Positions 1 to 12,802 of a DNA stretch of 64,000 nucleotides are shown here, in pieces. The position numbers were made by a program, and so were the translations under genes. This DNA comes from Longimicrobiales bacterium (GTDB lineage Bacteria > Gemmatimonadota > Gemmatimonadetes > Longimicrobiales > Gaopeijiaceae), in the NCBI GenBank assembly GCA_963664435.2, contig CAXXKM010000003.1:352001-416000 (forward strand). The letters are read 5' to 3'. The number at the start of each line of letters is the position of its first letter. The stretch's first letter is position 1. Under the pieces are notes generated by a model. That model did no database searches and was not told where the DNA came from. It worked only from the letters and a program-made list of their open reading frames with translations.

Positions 1-519
1 GCGCGCTTCAGCCCCATCGTGGAGGCGGTGAAGCGCTACGCCGGGGGCGGCGGCATCGTGCTCGGCATCTGCAACGGCTTCCAGATCCTGTGCGAAGCCG
101 GGCTGCTTCCGGGCGCGCTCCGGCGCAACGACTCGCTCAAGTTCCGAAGCCACGACGTGCACGTGCGCGTCGAGACCACCGACACCGCGTTCACCCGCTC
201 GTACCGGCCCGGCCAGGTCCTGCGCATTCCGATCGCGCACGCCGAAGGCAACTACATCGCCGACCCGGCCACCCTCGAACGCCTCGAAGCCGACCGGCGC
301 GTGGTCTTCCGCTACACCACGCGCGAGGGAGCGCGCGGGGAGGGCGGCAACCCCAACGGCTCCGCCAACGACATCGCCGGGATCATGAACGCCGCCGGCA
401 ACGTGCTCGGGCTCATGCCCCACCCGGAGCGGGCCGCGGAGGGCGTCCTGGGCTCCACCGACGGGCTCGGCGTCTTCGAATCCCTGGTCGCGCACTGCGC
501 GCGGGAGAGGGTGGCATGA
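1..519 (+). CDS. purQ: phosphoribosylformylglycinamidine synthase subunit PurQ (5' end outside window)
   Basis: GICNGFQIL nucleophile motif, [23 protein letters not shown] overlap with purL. Confidence 0.96.
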   Translation, partial: ARFSPIVEAVKRYAGGGGIVLGICNGFQILCEAGLLPGALRRNDSLKFRSHDVHVRVETTDTAFTRSYRPGQVLRIPIAHAEGNYIADPATLERLEADRRVVFRYTTREGARGEGGNPNGSANDIAGIMNAAGNVLGLMPHPERAAEGVLGSTDGLGVFESLVAHCARERVA

Positions 520-2807
520 TCGCGCCCGCGGCCGGAGGCAACGGCAGCGCGCCCGCAGCGCCCGAGCCACGTCCCGGAGACCCGGAAGTCACGCCGGAGC
601 TCGTCGCCGACCACGGTCTTTCGCCGGAGGAGCACGACAGGATCGTCGGCCACCTCGGGCGCACCCCGACCTTCACCGAACTCGGCGTCTTCTCGGCGAT
701 GTGGTCGGAGCACTGCGGGTACAAGAACTCCAAGCGCCTGCTCCGGCTCCTGCCCACCCAGGCGCCCTGGGTCATCCAGGGACCGGGGGAGAACGCGGGG
801 GTGATCGACATCGGCGGCGGATACGCGCTCGCCTTCAAGATCGAGTCGCACAACCACCCCTCCGCGGTCGAGCCCTACCAGGGCGCGGCCACCGGAATCG
901 GCGGCATCCTGCGCGACGTCTTCACCATGGGGGCCCGCCCGGTCGCGGTCCTCGACTCGCTCCACTTCGGGGACCTGGACTCGAGCCGCGTGCGCTACCT
1001 CTTCGACGGCGTCGTGCGCGGGGCCGGCGACTACGGCAACTGCGTAGGCATCCCCAACCTCGGCGGCGAGGCCTACTTCGACCGCGGCTACGAGGGCAAT
1101 CCCATCATCAACGTTATGTGCCTCGGCATCATGAAGCGCGAACAGCTGATCCGGGGCGAGGCCCACGGGGAGGGCAACACGCTGATGGCGGTGGGCGCGC
1201 GCACCGGGCGCGACGGCATCCACGGGGCGACCTTCGCCAGCGAGGAGCTGGGCGAGGACTCCGACGCCAGCCGGCCCCAGGTGCAGGTGGGCGATCCCTT
1301 CACCGAGAAGCTGCTGCTCGAGGCAAGCCTGGAGCTGATCCGCAGCGGTCACATCGTGGGCATCCAGGACATGGGCGCCGCGGGCATCACCTCCAGCGCC
1401 GCGGAGATGGCGGGGCGTTCGGGGAGCGGGGTCGTGATCGACACCGCACTGGTGCCGGTGCGCGAGCCGGGGATGACGCCGTACGAGATCCTGCTCTCCG
1501 AGAGCCAGGAGCGCATGATGGTGGTCGTGCACAAGGGCCGGGAGGACGAGGTCCGGAAGATCCTGAACAAGTGGGAGCTGGAGGCGGCGGAGGTGGGCCA
1601 CGTCACCTCCGATGGACGCTTCCGCATCCTAGAGGACGGGCGCCCGGTCGCCGACATCCCCGCCCTGCCGCTGACCGACGGGTGCCCGACCTACGAGCGC
1701 GCGGGCATCGAGGGCGAGGAGGTGCGCGCGCTCAGGGAGATGGACCTGGCGCCCTACGCGGGCGGCGAGGGCGACCGCACCGCCGACTTCCTCCGCCTGC
1801 TCGCCTCCCCCAACCTCGCGTCGCGCCGCTGGATCCACGACCAGTACGACACCACCGTGCGCACCGCGAGCGTGGTCCAGCCCGGAGGGGACGCGGGCGT
1901 CCTGCGGGTGCGCGGCACGCCGCGCGGCATCGCCGTGACCACCGACTGCAGCGGCCGCTACACCTACCTGGAGCCCGGCACCGGCGCCCGCATCGCCGTC
2001 GCGGAGGCCGCGCGCAACCTGGCGTGCGCGGGGGCGCTGCCCATGGCGGTGACCAACAACCTCAACTTCGGCAACCCGCTCAAGCCGCACATCTACTACC
2101 AGCTGCGGGAAGCCGTGCTGGGAATGGCCGAAGCCTGCGCCCTCTTCGAGACCCCGGTGACCGGCGGCAACGTCTCGCTCTACAACGAGACCAGCGGGAC
2201 GCCCATCTACCCCACGCCCGTCATCGGCATGGTCGGCATCATCGACGACCTCGAGCGCGTCACCCGGCACGCGTTCCGGGACGAAGGCGACGTCATCGTG
2301 CTGCTGGGCCGCAACACCGACGAGCTGGGCGCCTCCGAATACCTGTACGCGATGCACGGCATTGTGGGCGGAAAGCCCCCGCGGGTGGACCTGCTCGCGG
2401 AACGCGTGCTCCAGCAGGCGCTGCTGGCCATGATCGGCGAGGGGCTGCTCCGTTCGGCGCACGATTGTTCGGAGGGCGGCCTGGCGTGCGCGCTGGCGGA
2501 GAGCGCGCTGCATGACGGCGAGAACCCGGTCGGCATCCACGTGCGACTGGCGGACCCGCTGCCCTCTACCGCACTATTCTTTGGAGAGGCCCAGGGGCGC
2601 GTGGTGGTTTCGTGCGACCCCGCGAGCCTCGACCGGGTGCGCCGGCTGGCCGATCGGTACGGCGTGCCCTGCACGGAGATCGGCACGGTCGGAGCAATCG
2701 GCGGCAGTTTCGTCGTGGAGAGCGCGGACGCTCGCATCGAGGCGGAAATCGGGGAGGTGGGTGCGGTGTATTTCGGGGCTCTGCCCGAGCGCATGGACGC
2801 ACAGTAG
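516..2807 (+). CDS. purL: phosphoribosylformylglycinamidine synthase subunit PurL
   Basis: [45 protein letters not shown] motifs; ATG at 516 overlaps the purQ stop. Confidence 0.97.
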   Translation: MIAPAAGGNGSAPAAPEPRPGDPEVTPELVADHGLSPEEHDRIVGHLGRTPTFTELGVFSAMWSEHCGYKNSKRLLRLLPTQAPWVIQGPGENAGVIDIGGGYALAFKIESHNHPSAVEPYQGAATGIGGILRDVFTMGARPVAVLDSLHFGDLDSSRVRYLFDGVVRGAGDYGNCVGIPNLGGEAYFDRGYEGNPIINVMCLGIMKREQLIRGEAHGEGNTLMAVGARTGRDGIHGATFASEELGEDSDASRPQVQVGDPFTEKLLLEASLELIRSGHIVGIQDMGAAGITSSAAEMAGRSGSGVVIDTALVPVREPGMTPYEILLSESQERMMVVVHKGREDEVRKILNKWELEAAEVGHVTSDGRFRILEDGRPVADIPALPLTDGCPTYERAGIEGEEVRALREMDLAPYAGGEGDRTADFLRLLASPNLASRRWIHDQYDTTVRTASVVQPGGDAGVLRVRGTPRGIAVTTDCSGRYTYLEPGTGARIAVAEAARNLACAGALPMAVTNNLNFGNPLKPHIYYQLREAVLGMAEACALFETPVTGGNVSLYNETSGTPIYPTPVIGMVGIIDDLERVTRHAFRDEGDVIVLLGRNTDELGASEYLYAMHGIVGGKPPRVDLLAERVLQQALLAMIGEGLLRSAHDCSEGGLACALAESALHDGENPVGIHVRLADPLPSTALFFGEAQGRVVVSCDPASLDRVRRLADRYGVPCTEIGTVGAIGGSFVVESADARIEAEIGEVGAVYFGALPERMDAQ

Positions 2808-2891
2808 AAGGAGATGGCAGCCCGTGGACGAAACACGCCCGGCATGGGAGCGGCGATGGATCCACGAACTGCCGGCGCCCGGAGGCGGCAC

Positions 2892-4391
<1,500 letters not shown>

Positions 4392-4403
4392 CGAAGCGCC
4401 TTG

Positions 4404-5105
4404 TCAGCCGCCCGGCGGCACCACCGCTTCCGCCGTGTAGATGAAGTCGCCGAGCGGCGAGTTGTCGCCATTGGCGGAGTTGCCGGTCACGTGGAACACG
4501 ACCGGCGACGGTTCCTCTGGCGCCACCCACTCGAAGCTCCAGCTGGCCACATCGCCTGGACCGAGCTGGCTGCCCTCGACCGTGTGGTTGATGTAGTCGA
4601 CGCCGCCCTCGCTTCGCACGACGGTGCGGCCGTCCAGCGACGCCAGGCGCCCGGCCGGCGCGCCCGGCCGCTCGCCCTCCTGGAAGCGCGCTGCGGCCTG
4701 GAAGCCGGCGCTCCCCATCCCCTCCCCTTCCACGATCACCGTGACCACATAGACCGCGCCCGGTGTGAACGAAGCGGGCACGCCGTCGAGCAGGAGCGCG
4801 CCGCCCAGTGCGTTGAGCTCAAGGTCGAGGTGGCACTCGATGCAGGTGAGTTCGCCGAAGCCGCCGGTGCGCGCGAGGGGCGGGCCGTCGGCGTGGGGGA
4901 TGGGGGCGCGGAGCGTGGGGGTGCTGGGACCGGCGGCGGCGAAGGCCGGAGCCGCCGCAAGGGCAGAGCTCGCAGAGAGGGCGTAGCTCGCGACTCCAGC
5001 GCCGGCGCTGGAGTCGCCCGCGGAGGATGCTCCCGCACCGGAAACGGCTACCCCGGCAAGCGCGCCGGCGAGAAGCCACCGGTTCGCTATACGCAAATTA
5101 CGCAT
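4404..5105 (-). CDS. secreted Reeler/choice-of-anchor V-like domain protein
   Basis: signal peptide MRNLRIANRWLLAGAL; RTGGFGELTCIECH, WSFEWVAP, GNSANGDNSPLGD. Confidence 0.65.
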   Translation of the reverse strand: MRNLRIANRWLLAGALAGVAVSGAGASSAGDSSAGAGVASYALSASSALAAAPAFAAAGPSTPTLRAPIPHADGPPLARTGGFGELTCIECHLDLELNALGGALLLDGVPASFTPGAVYVVTVIVEGEGMGSAGFQAAARFQEGERPGAPAGRLASLDGRTVVRSEGGVDYINHTVEGSQLGPGDVASWSFEWVAPEEPSPVVFHVTGNSANGDNSPLGDFIYTAEAVVPPGG

Positions 5106-5187
5106 TTTACGCAAAATACGTAAAACGCGACCGGCCGGGCCGGCCTCCCCGCCGGCCCGGCCGATCCGTTCCGCAGCCTGCGGGCGC

Positions 5188-6222
5188 CTAGAAGCTGACT
5201 GGCCGCGAAGGCGGCAGCACCGCCCGGCCGATGGTGTTGGTGTCGGCGCCGAACCAGACCACGTTGGTGTTCGGGTCGTAGTACATGTGGCGGATGGTCC
5301 CGCCCCCGCTCTCGACCGCCACCGAGCTGATGTACTCCTCGGTGCGCGTGTCGAAGCCCACGAACATGTTGGGCTGCACCCCCGTCTCGACGAACCAGAC
5401 GCGGTCGTCGTTGTCGATGGCGACGCCGTAGGGGCGCGCATCGCCGCCGCTCGGGTTGGCCCACTCGGTGACCTCGCCGGTGTCCGGGTCGACGCGGCCC
5501 AGGAAGCCGCGCGCGTAGTCCACGTACCAGACGATGTCGTCGGAGTCGATGACCAGCCGCCGGGGGCGCGAACCCTCGGGAAGCTCGAAGTAGGTGGGCT
5601 CGAAGCTCTCGGGGTCGACCATGACCAGCAGGTTGGTGCCGAAGAGCGACGCCCAGGGCCGGTCCTGCGAGTCCATCTTCAGGCCGTAGGGGCGGGTCGA
5701 CCCTCCGCGCGCGCCGGGGTTGGCCGGCATCTCGACCAGCCGCACCTCTCCGCTCTCCTTCCAGAACTTGCCCACGAAGTTGCCGCCCTGGACGGTGAAC
5801 CAGAGGTCGCCGGCGGCATCGAAGGCGAAGGTGTGCGGGTCGCGGGCGCGCTCGTCGGGCATGGGGAAGATCTCGATGTCGCCCGTCCCGGGATCGAGCC
5901 GGCCGAGGTTGCCGACCAGGTTGCCGGTGTACCAGACCATGCCGTCGTCGGCCACGACCACGGTGTGCGGGCCGGCGCCGTCCGGCAGGTCGAACTTCTC
6001 CATCTCGCCGGTCTCGGGGTCGAGGACCGCGGCGTAGTGCGAGCGCTGGCCGGCGAACCAGACGCGGCCGTCGGGGGCCACGTACGGGTCACGGGGCCGG
6101 CTCTGCTCCCACGGCACCTGCCACTCCTCCAGGGTCGGGTCGTTCTCTTGCGCGAAGCCGCTGACGGGGACCGCCAGCAGCATCAGGGACACCGCTACCA
6201 TCGCACTGCACAGGAATTTCAT
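5188..6222 (-). CDS. virginiamycin B lyase (Vgb)-like secreted beta-propeller protein
   Basis: signal peptide MKFLCSAMVAVSLMLLAVP; repeated P..I..D.DG.VW blades. Confidence 0.85.
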   Translation of the reverse strand: MKFLCSAMVAVSLMLLAVPVSGFAQENDPTLEEWQVPWEQSRPRDPYVAPDGRVWFAGQRSHYAAVLDPETGEMEKFDLPDGAGPHTVVVADDGMVWYTGNLVGNLGRLDPGTGDIEIFPMPDERARDPHTFAFDAAGDLWFTVQGGNFVGKFWKESGEVRLVEMPANPGARGGSTRPYGLKMDSQDRPWASLFGTNLLVMVDPESFEPTYFELPEGSRPRRLVIDSDDIVWYVDYARGFLGRVDPDTGEVTEWANPSGGDARPYGVAIDNDDRVWFVETGVQPNMFVGFDTRTEEYISSVAVESGGGTIRHMYYDPNTNVVWFGADTNTIGRAVLPPSRPVSF

Positions 6223-6492
6223 GATTCGGCCCTCCCGCCGGATTCCGGAGACGTTCTGCGCACGTTGGGACACTCGGACAACACTGTGAATCGAAGGTTC
6301 GGGCCGCGGCGCGGCAAGGAAGCGAGGCGCCTGCGTTTTCCCACTCCCTCGGCACTCTTCCCCCACCCGTGCCCACACGCTTGCTTCGCCCACGCAGACG
6401 CCCCGCCTCGCGCACCGCCTTACGCTTTGCAAGGACACATGGGCTTCGTCCGGCGTTGAAGCGGGTGGCCCGGGTTTCTATCTTGCGGAGAT

Positions 6493-6576
6493 GGAGGGGT
6501 GGCAGAGCGGCTAATTGCACCGGTCTTGAAAACCGGCGGGTCTTGACCCACGTGGGTTCGAATCCCACCCCCTCCG
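6493..6576 (+). tRNA. tRNA-Ser(TGA)
   Basis: GGAGGGG/CCCCTCC acceptor stem, D arm TGGCAGAGCGGCTAATTGC, anticodon arm CCGGT-CTTGAAA-ACCGG, long variable arm, GGTTCGAATCC T loop; CCA not encoded. Confidence 0.95.
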
Positions 6577-6605
6577 TTGCCGGGCAAGGCCCGGCCCCTG
6601 AAGGG

Positions 6606-6825
6606 CTGTGATTCGAACCCAGGGTTGAGCCTCCGGTGCTTCGCATCCTCGGCTCACCTTCGGCGCCGCTGCGCGGCCCCTCGGTTGCGAATCCCACCCC
6701 GGTCGTCTTTCGGACCGGCGGCAGGGCAACCTGTGATGCGAACCCAGGGTTGGGCCTCCAGGTGCTTCGCGTCGTCGGCTCACCTTCGGCGCCGCTGCGT
6801 GGCTCCTCGGTTGCGAATCCCACCC
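6606..6825 (+). repeat. two ~95-bp direct repeats (6606-6700, 6731-6825), each ending in a copy of the tRNA 3' end
   Basis: both read CTGTGAT(T/G)CGAACCCAGGGTTG...CGGCTCACCTTCGGCGCCGCTGCG...CTCGGTTGCGAATCCCACCC. Confidence 0.85.
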
Positions 6826-6868
6826 GCTTCGCTTGTGATGACGACATGAATGCCTGAGGAGGGCGCTC

Positions 6869-7942
6869 TTGGAATACCGCTCTTCGGTGCCCTTGTTCGT
6901 GATGGTCGCCGGTCTCCTTGCCATTGCATCCTGCACCTCCGAGAAGGGTTGGGTTGAGGCGCAAGCGGCTTTGACGTGGGATGACGTCGGAGTGATTTCG
7001 ACGTTCGGGGAAGTGGAGCAAGCCGGTTGGCTGTCGCTTCTGCGAAGGCCCCGCGACGCGGTCATTCATGGAGAGGATGTCCTTATCCTCGATGCTTCGC
7101 CTCCATGGATTCGCGTGTTCAAGCGCGATGGCGAGTTCCTGGAGGCGCTGGTCTCGGTCGGCGAAGGACCTGGCGAAGCCGTTCGTCCGTCTTCGCTGGC
7201 GACGGCCGGTGGTGACGGCTTCGTCCTCACCGATCGACTCGGAGTCTCTCGCTTCAACCGAGAGGGCCGGTTGCTTGCATTCTCCCGGCGTACCGCATAC
7301 GTAGCGATGGGAGCCGTGGAGGCCTGTGCAAGCCGACTGTTCGTTGTGACGCGGGCCACCTTGCCGGAAGCTGCTGCGGTCCTGGGGGAGATCATGCCGG
7401 GAGGATCGCTTGACACTCTCCTCGTCTTCGCCCCGTCACGTTTGAACAGCAGGACACATCACACATGGTTCAGCCACGGAGACGCGTCCGGGCTGTTGGT
7501 GTACACCGAAGAGGCTGGGCGTCCTCGTCTTCTTCGTATCGATTGTGATGGCGAAGTACTCCAAGAGGTCACCCTGGATCCTCTTGGCAACGGGCAGAGG
7601 GCGGAGATGCTGCAGTCGGGGACGATCGAAGTCACCGCAGCGGAACCTCCGTTCCCAGCAGGACTCGCACTGGTTGACGGCTTCATGCTGTGGGCTGTGC
7701 AGGAGGATGATTCGACGACTTCGATCACGGCATACGGATCGGACGGCGCCCGTCGTCGGGTAACCATCGAAGGATGGTACCAACTCCTGGACCATGGGCC
7801 CCAGGGAGACTTGCTGTTTGGCAATTCCTTCTCGACAAGGGGGACGTGGGGTTTCATTCCGTCCGTAGTACTTGTTGATGGCCGACAGCTGTTGGGACAC
7901 ATGAGGGACATCGACCAGGAGTCGACGCGGGAAGACTTGTGA
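6869..7942 (+). CDS. 6-bladed beta-propeller lipoprotein
   Basis: lipobox LAIASC; GEGPGE motif typical of this propeller family; GAGGAGG RBS. Confidence 0.7.
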   Translation: MEYRSSVPLFVMVAGLLAIASCTSEKGWVEAQAALTWDDVGVISTFGEVEQAGWLSLLRRPRDAVIHGEDVLILDASPPWIRVFKRDGEFLEALVSVGEGPGEAVRPSSLATAGGDGFVLTDRLGVSRFNREGRLLAFSRRTAYVAMGAVEACASRLFVVTRATLPEAAAVLGEIMPGGSLDTLLVFAPSRLNSRTHHTWFSHGDASGLLVYTEEAGRPRLLRIDCDGEVLQEVTLDPLGNGQRAEMLQSGTIEVTAAEPPFPAGLALVDGFMLWAVQEDDSTTSITAYGSDGARRRVTIEGWYQLLDHGPQGDLLFGNSFSTRGTWGFIPSVVLVDGRQLLGHMRDIDQESTREDL

Positions 7943-8216
7943 CTCCGCGATGGCGGGTCACATGGAGCCGTTTCACTGACGATGTCGTCCGGAGCTGCCG
8001 TCCTGAGCCGCATGACCACCGGAATGGCGTGTGACGGAGCGCCGCCGCCGAAGTAGCCGATAACGGCTGAGGAACCCCACATACCGGGTGGATGGTATGC
8101 CCACGGAAGCGGTACAGTGCGCCTCGCCGGGCGAGTTGGTAAACGGGCGGATGGCGACGGCATGGGGAGGCGGCGGTTCGGGTGGCTGTTCATCGGCACT
8201 TCAAGGGGGTGCAACC

Positions 8217-9296
8217 GTGGCGTTCCCACGATCCATTTCTCGTGTGGTGATTCTTCTTGCCGTGACGGCGTCACCTGGCGTTGGTCAGGTCGTCGAGGGG
8301 CCGGAGGGACCCGTCGAGTTCATTGGGCTCGAGCGCTGGAAAGCGTCGGCGTTGCTGGAGGCGATTCAGGAGACCGCGCCCGGCCAGCTCCTCGGCGCCT
8401 GCGCGGGCACGATGAAGAGAGAACTGGGCTTCGCCGACGCCGGCGTCTTCGGCTATCTCGAGTCGACTACATCCAGGTCCGAACGATACACGGTCATCAT
8501 CGGCATCGAAGACCGGGCTCGAGTCCGGTACCGCACCGTCGGAAGCGAGACCATCGAGCTGCCGGCATCCTGGCAGGCCCTGAAGTCCTTAGTCAACGAG
8601 GACTTTCGGTCTCTGGACCTGGCGAGGGAATTGTTCGATCTCAGACATGATCGCGAGACCGCGCGGAAGTTTGCGGACCTCTTCGACTCCAACCTGGCCG
8701 CCATCGAGCCCGTCTGGGAACTGATCGCGGCCCTGGATGGCGAGCGGGATCGGCGCCTGGCCGGGGAGATACTCGCCAACGACGCGTCCTGGAGGTCGCG
8801 CGCGATCGCGGCGACGGTCCTCCTGAACTTCGGCGAGGACGATACCGCCTGGCACGACCTGGTTTCTGCGGCGATCGATCCTCACGCGTGGGTCACCAAC
8901 GCCGCAATATCGGTTCTCCGGAGCTGGGGCCGGATGGAGAACGTCCGCCCTGTCCGTTGGGAGGGAGCGCGGGAGCCGCTCCTGGCGGTGCTCGATGGCA
9001 CCAACCCGTTCGCGTTCGGCGCGGTTGTGAGTGCCCTGACCGCCACCGGGATCGAACCCGCGTTGGGAAGGCAGCTGATCCGGGAAGCGCCGGACCTCCT
9101 CTTGGCGCACGTCGACGCCGAGCATGAGAGCACACGGGAATCCGCGCTGGGCCTCCTGACGGCCGTCAGCGGCGAGGACTTCGGAGCCGATTCCGAAGCC
9201 TGGGCGGAATGGCTCGACGATTCGCCTCGAGGCGCTCACCGCTCCACGCTCATCCCCACGATCAGGCGCTCCTTCCTGAACAGATCGATGCCCTGA
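8217..9296 (+). CDS. secreted HEAT-repeat-like hypothetical protein
   Basis: signal-like N-terminus from GTG 8217; helical repeats; GEDFGAD..AW..W terminus; start uncertain. Confidence 0.6.
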   Translation: MAFPRSISRVVILLAVTASPGVGQVVEGPEGPVEFIGLERWKASALLEAIQETAPGQLLGACAGTMKRELGFADAGVFGYLESTTSRSERYTVIIGIEDRARVRYRTVGSETIELPASWQALKSLVNEDFRSLDLARELFDLRHDRETARKFADLFDSNLAAIEPVWELIAALDGERDRRLAGEILANDASWRSRAIAATVLLNFGEDDTAWHDLVSAAIDPHAWVTNAAISVLRSWGRMENVRPVRWEGAREPLLAVLDGTNPFAFGAVVSALTATGIEPALGRQLIREAPDLLLAHVDAEHESTRESALGLLTAVSGEDFGADSEAWAEWLDDSPRGAHRSTLIPTIRRSFLNRSMP

Positions 9297-11308
9297 TGGG
9301 CGATGTAGAGATTCAGGGGCTCGCCCCAGGCGGCGCGCACGCGTGAGAGCTGGAGGTTTACGCCCCAGGAGGCGTTCACCACGAGCTCGGAGCCGTCCTG
9401 GTTCAGCACCCCGAGGCCGAATGAGGTGACCGGGCTGATCCACCAGGTGTCGCGCTGGTAGAGCCACGGCGGCCGGTACTGCAGGTTGGCGGCCACCATC
9501 CAGCTGGGTTTCCCCTGCCCCAGGGAGAGGGACGCTTCCGGGACGACGTTGAACGCCCCGAGGTGATCGCTCGGGCCCCAGTCCGCGGCAACTCCGAAGA
9601 TCCACTGGGTATGGGGTCCTCCCAGGACGCCCGTGTAGGGGCGCAGTTCGCGGGCCGGGAAGCCGAGGGAGGGATCGAGGCGGCTGTCGCCGTAGACCTG
9701 TGCAGGATGATCGAGGTCGGGTTCCATGGGGGCGAGTTCGGATTCAGTCAGCACGGGCACGCGCTCGGCTTCGGTCGGCACGGGCTCGGGCGGGGCTTCG
9801 ATTGGCGCGGGCGCCGGTTCCGTTTCGGTCGGCGCGGGCGCGAACCCGGGCTCAACCGTCATCGCCGGCACATCCTCGGGTCGGGCCTCGACCGCGGGGG
9901 CAGCATCGGCGCGAGCCGTCTCCTCCAGCGTCCTCTCCATCTCGTCCAGGCGCGCGTCCACTCGCTCCGCCAGGCGGTCTTCCATCTCCGCGAGGTCGCC
10001 CCGGCTGAGGTCCGGACGGCGGCGGCCGCGGTTACCCCCCACGAGGATCTTCAGGCCGGCGGACAGCTGCCAGTTGTGGACGAGGTCGCCGGGATCCCTG
10101 ACGTCTTCGAAGTCCACGGCGGCGGCATCGAGGTCCGGGCGCGACATGATGTAGTCGCGCGCGGCCGCCGTCAGCCGCAGATGCCGGCCCAGTCCGAGAT
10201 CGACGCCCCCTCCAACGATCAGCGCCGTGCGATCGGAGGGGACGCTCGCCGCATCCGGAGCCAGGTCCGGGCCGAACTCCATCCTGCCGGCGCCGGCCAG
10301 CAGATGGGGCGAGAACAGCGACGGCCCTCCCAGGTTGAACTGCGCTTCCCCGCCGTACCCCTTGATCCCCTCCTCCCAGGCGTGTCGGTCGTCGACGCCC
10401 CGCCAGTAGAAGCCGCGCAGCCCGACGAGGGGACCGACCTCGAGGCCCGCGCGGAAGCCGGCGATGGGCTGATCGTCGATGCCGAAACCGGGATCGAATG
10501 CCTGTGCGCCGCCGAAGGGTTCGAACAACACGGCGCCGCCGGACGACATGGGCCGGTAGTCGCGGTCGCCGGCCCGATACCGGTTCGACCACGAAGTGTA
10601 GTCCGGCCCGCCGAGTTGCAGCATCAGCCCGACGCGGATGGCCAGGTTCCGGCGCAGGGCGCCCGCATCCGGATCCTCGGGAAGCGCGGGATCTCCCACG
10701 GACACGGGGACGGCCAGCTCCAGTGGATCGAGATAGTACCGGCTGCGCGCCACCATCACCTCGCCGTCGAACAAACCCAGCACCCGGGTTCGAAGTCCCA
10801 ACCCGTACCTGAGCTGGACGCGCCGGAGGTCGCTGCCAGCCTCCGGCCGGAACCGCAGGATGCCCGCTCCGCCCATGAGCACGGGCACCAGGGAGCCCCC
10901 GGCAAGTCCGACGGATACTTCGGCTCCGTAGGAAGCGATATCCAGCAACTGGTCGGGCGGCGGCGTCCGCATGCCGGCCGCGAACGGAAGGCGGGACAGG
11001 TGGGTCGGGCGGGAGTCGCTCTTCCGGTAGAAGGCCGTCAGGTCCACGTACTCTCCGAACCCGAGTCCCGCGGAACCGCCCAGGGAGCGCGCCTTGCCGA
11101 GACCGAGAGACTCGTCCCACTCGGTCCAGGCGACGGAGGGACGGAGGTGGTAGCGCAGTTGCTGGGCAGCGAGAGGCGCGGAAGTGGATGCGAGGGCGCC
11201 CGCGAGTAATCCGGCCAGCAGCAGGCTGCGGGATGCGGGATGTCCCGCAGGCAGTTGAATTGATTTTCTGACTGTAACCGGTATAGTCACCACAACTATC
11301 CTCCTCAT
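9236..11308 (-). CDS. outer-membrane beta-barrel domain protein with coiled-coil and Pro-rich linker
   Basis: signal peptide, alternating beta-strand pattern in repeated barrel-like segments, PAP-rich linker; start uncertain. Confidence 0.7.
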   Translation of the reverse strand: MRRIVVVTIPVTVRKSIQLPAGHPASRSLLLAGLLAGALASTSAPLAAQQLRYHLRPSVAWTEWDESLGLGKARSLGGSAGLGFGEYVDLTAFYRKSDSRPTHLSRLPFAAGMRTPPPDQLLDIASYGAEVSVGLAGGSLVPVLMGGAGILRFRPEAGSDLRRVQLRYGLGLRTRVLGLFDGEVMVARSRYYLDPLELAVPVSVGDPALPEDPDAGALRRNLAIRVGLMLQLGGPDYTSWSNRYRAGDRDYRPMSSGGAVLFEPFGGAQAFDPGFGIDDQPIAGFRAGLEVGPLVGLRGFYWRGVDDRHAWEEGIKGYGGEAQFNLGGPSLFSPHLLAGAGRMEFGPDLAPDAASVPSDRTALIVGGGVDLGLGRHLRLTAAARDYIMSRPDLDAAAVDFEDVRDPGDLVHNWQLSAGLKILVGGNRGRRRPDLSRGDLAEMEDRLAERVDARLDEMERTLEETARADAAPAVEARPEDVPAMTVEPGFAPAPTETEPAPAPIEAPPEPVPTEAERVPVLTESELAPMEPDLDHPAQVYGDSRLDPSLGFPARELRPYTGVLGGPHTQWIFGVAADWGPSDHLGAFNVVPEASLSLGQGKPSWMVAANLQYRPPWLYQRDTWWISPVTSFGLGVLNQDGSELVVNASWGVNLQLSRVRAAWGEPLNLYIAHQGIDLFRKERLIVGMSVER

Positions 11309-11729
11309 ATTGGTTGCCACGCGCTCGCGCCCGGGCTCGCTTACGTTGCGCCGGCCCGAAGGTTTCGGGTTCCCGAAGGCTTGATTCGAGGCTCCGAAGA
11401 CCCGATTCGTGACTTGCGGTCCCGGCGCCAGGTCGTGGCCGTTGCCTGCCCATGGGTTAAGCGTCCGAGAACGGGCGAAATACCATGGCCCGCGAGCTGT
11501 GCGTCTCGTGGTGCGCGCCCTTCTTCGTCCGCACCGAGCACGCTCCCGGGGACGAAGTCGGCAACCATCTCGCGCTCCAGGGGCAACCATCTCGCGTCCC
11601 GGGCAACCGACCCGGAAGGGAAAGCGTCAGAGCTACCGATGAGGGCCGAAGGGGCTCCGGCGGGTTGACCGAGAGACCACGGCGGAAGATTTCGGGACGG
11701 CATCGCCAGCTCTGGCCAGGAGGACACCG

Positions 11730-12521
11730 TTGGTACACAACGATCACGGCGGGTTGCACGAGGACCTGAAGCTGACGGGAGCCCGGATCGGGCGTCGCGA
11801 AATGCTCCGGCTCGCCGCCGGAGGAATGAGCGCGCTATACCTGTTGGGATGCTCTGACGGCGTGCTCGGGGTCGGCGAGGGCGATGGCGACGGCGCGTGC
11901 GACGCGATCCCCGAGGAGACCGCGGGCCCCTTTCCCGCCGATGGCTCGAACGGGCCCGACGTCCTGAGCCAGGCCGGGGTGGTCCGTTCGGACATCCGGT
12001 CGAGCTTCGCGGGTCTTGCCGGGGTGGCCGACGGCGTGCCGCTCACCGTGACTCTGCAGCTCGTCGATGGGCGGAACGGGTGCGGGCCGGCGGTGGGTCT
12101 GGCGGTGTACTTGTGGCAATGCGACCGGGAAGGCCGTTATTCGCTCTACTCGAGCGGCGCCACTCAGCAGAACTATCTGCGCGGCGTCCAGGAGAGCGAC
12201 TCGAGCGGGAGCCTGTCGTTTACGACCGTCTTCCCGGGCTGCTACCCGGGCCGCTGGCCCCACATCCACTTCGAGGTCTACCCGAGTCTCGCCGCCGCGT
12301 CTGACGCGCGCAACAAGATCGCGACCTCGCAACTGGCATTCCCGGAAGATGCCTGCAACGCGGCGTACGCGACGCAGGGATACGAGGGCAGCGTCGACAC
12401 CCTCGAGCGCGTTTCGCTCGCGAGCGATGGCGTGTTCAGGGATGGTGTGGACCAGCAGCTCGCCACCATGACCGGGAACCCGTCATCGGGGTTCACCGCG
12501 CAGTTGACGGTCGGGGTGTAG
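11730..12521 (+). CDS. intradiol ring-cleavage dioxygenase family protein (Tat-exported)
   Basis: GRREMLR twin-arginine signal; ETAGPFP, YLRGVQ, PGCYPGRWPHIHFEV. Confidence 0.88.
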   Translation: MVHNDHGGLHEDLKLTGARIGRREMLRLAAGGMSALYLLGCSDGVLGVGEGDGDGACDAIPEETAGPFPADGSNGPDVLSQAGVVRSDIRSSFAGLAGVADGVPLTVTLQLVDGRNGCGPAVGLAVYLWQCDREGRYSLYSSGATQQNYLRGVQESDSSGSLSFTTVFPGCYPGRWPHIHFEVYPSLAAASDARNKIATSQLAFPEDACNAAYATQGYEGSVDTLERVSLASDGVFRDGVDQQLATMTGNPSSGFTAQLTVGV

Positions 12522-12525
12522 CCGG

Positions 12526-12700
12526 ACGCGTGGAAGCCACCGTCAGTACTGGCACCCGGTCAAGCCCGGAACCGTCACCATTGCTGGCAGAAGGAGCAAA
12601 GACCTGGCCCCCGGAACCTGAAGAGTATTCTCAGGCAGGCCGGACTCGATAATGAGAAGCACCGTGACCTACGCCATCGTCATTGAGCGAACCGACGTCG
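12526..12700 (+). pseudogene. hicAB: hicA C-terminal remnant (frameshifted) and hicB N-terminal remnant
   Basis: RGSHRQYWHPVKPGTVTIAG..SKDLAPGT then a frameshift to (L)KSILRQAGL; ATG 12652 MRSTVTYAIVIER then truncated. Confidence 0.75.
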
Positions 12701-12802
12701 GTCAGGTTGGTGGAGGTCCCTGCCGCGTCATAGGACGGATCCACATCGCGGCAAGTTGGGTCGCGCCGTGATGTTCCTGTCGAGCTGCCCGCCGTGCAGG
12801 GG

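Noticed and set aside
6606..6825. Repeats as extra tRNA genes or a mini-CRISPR
   Set aside because: No D or anticodon arms; only two units, each ~95 bp.
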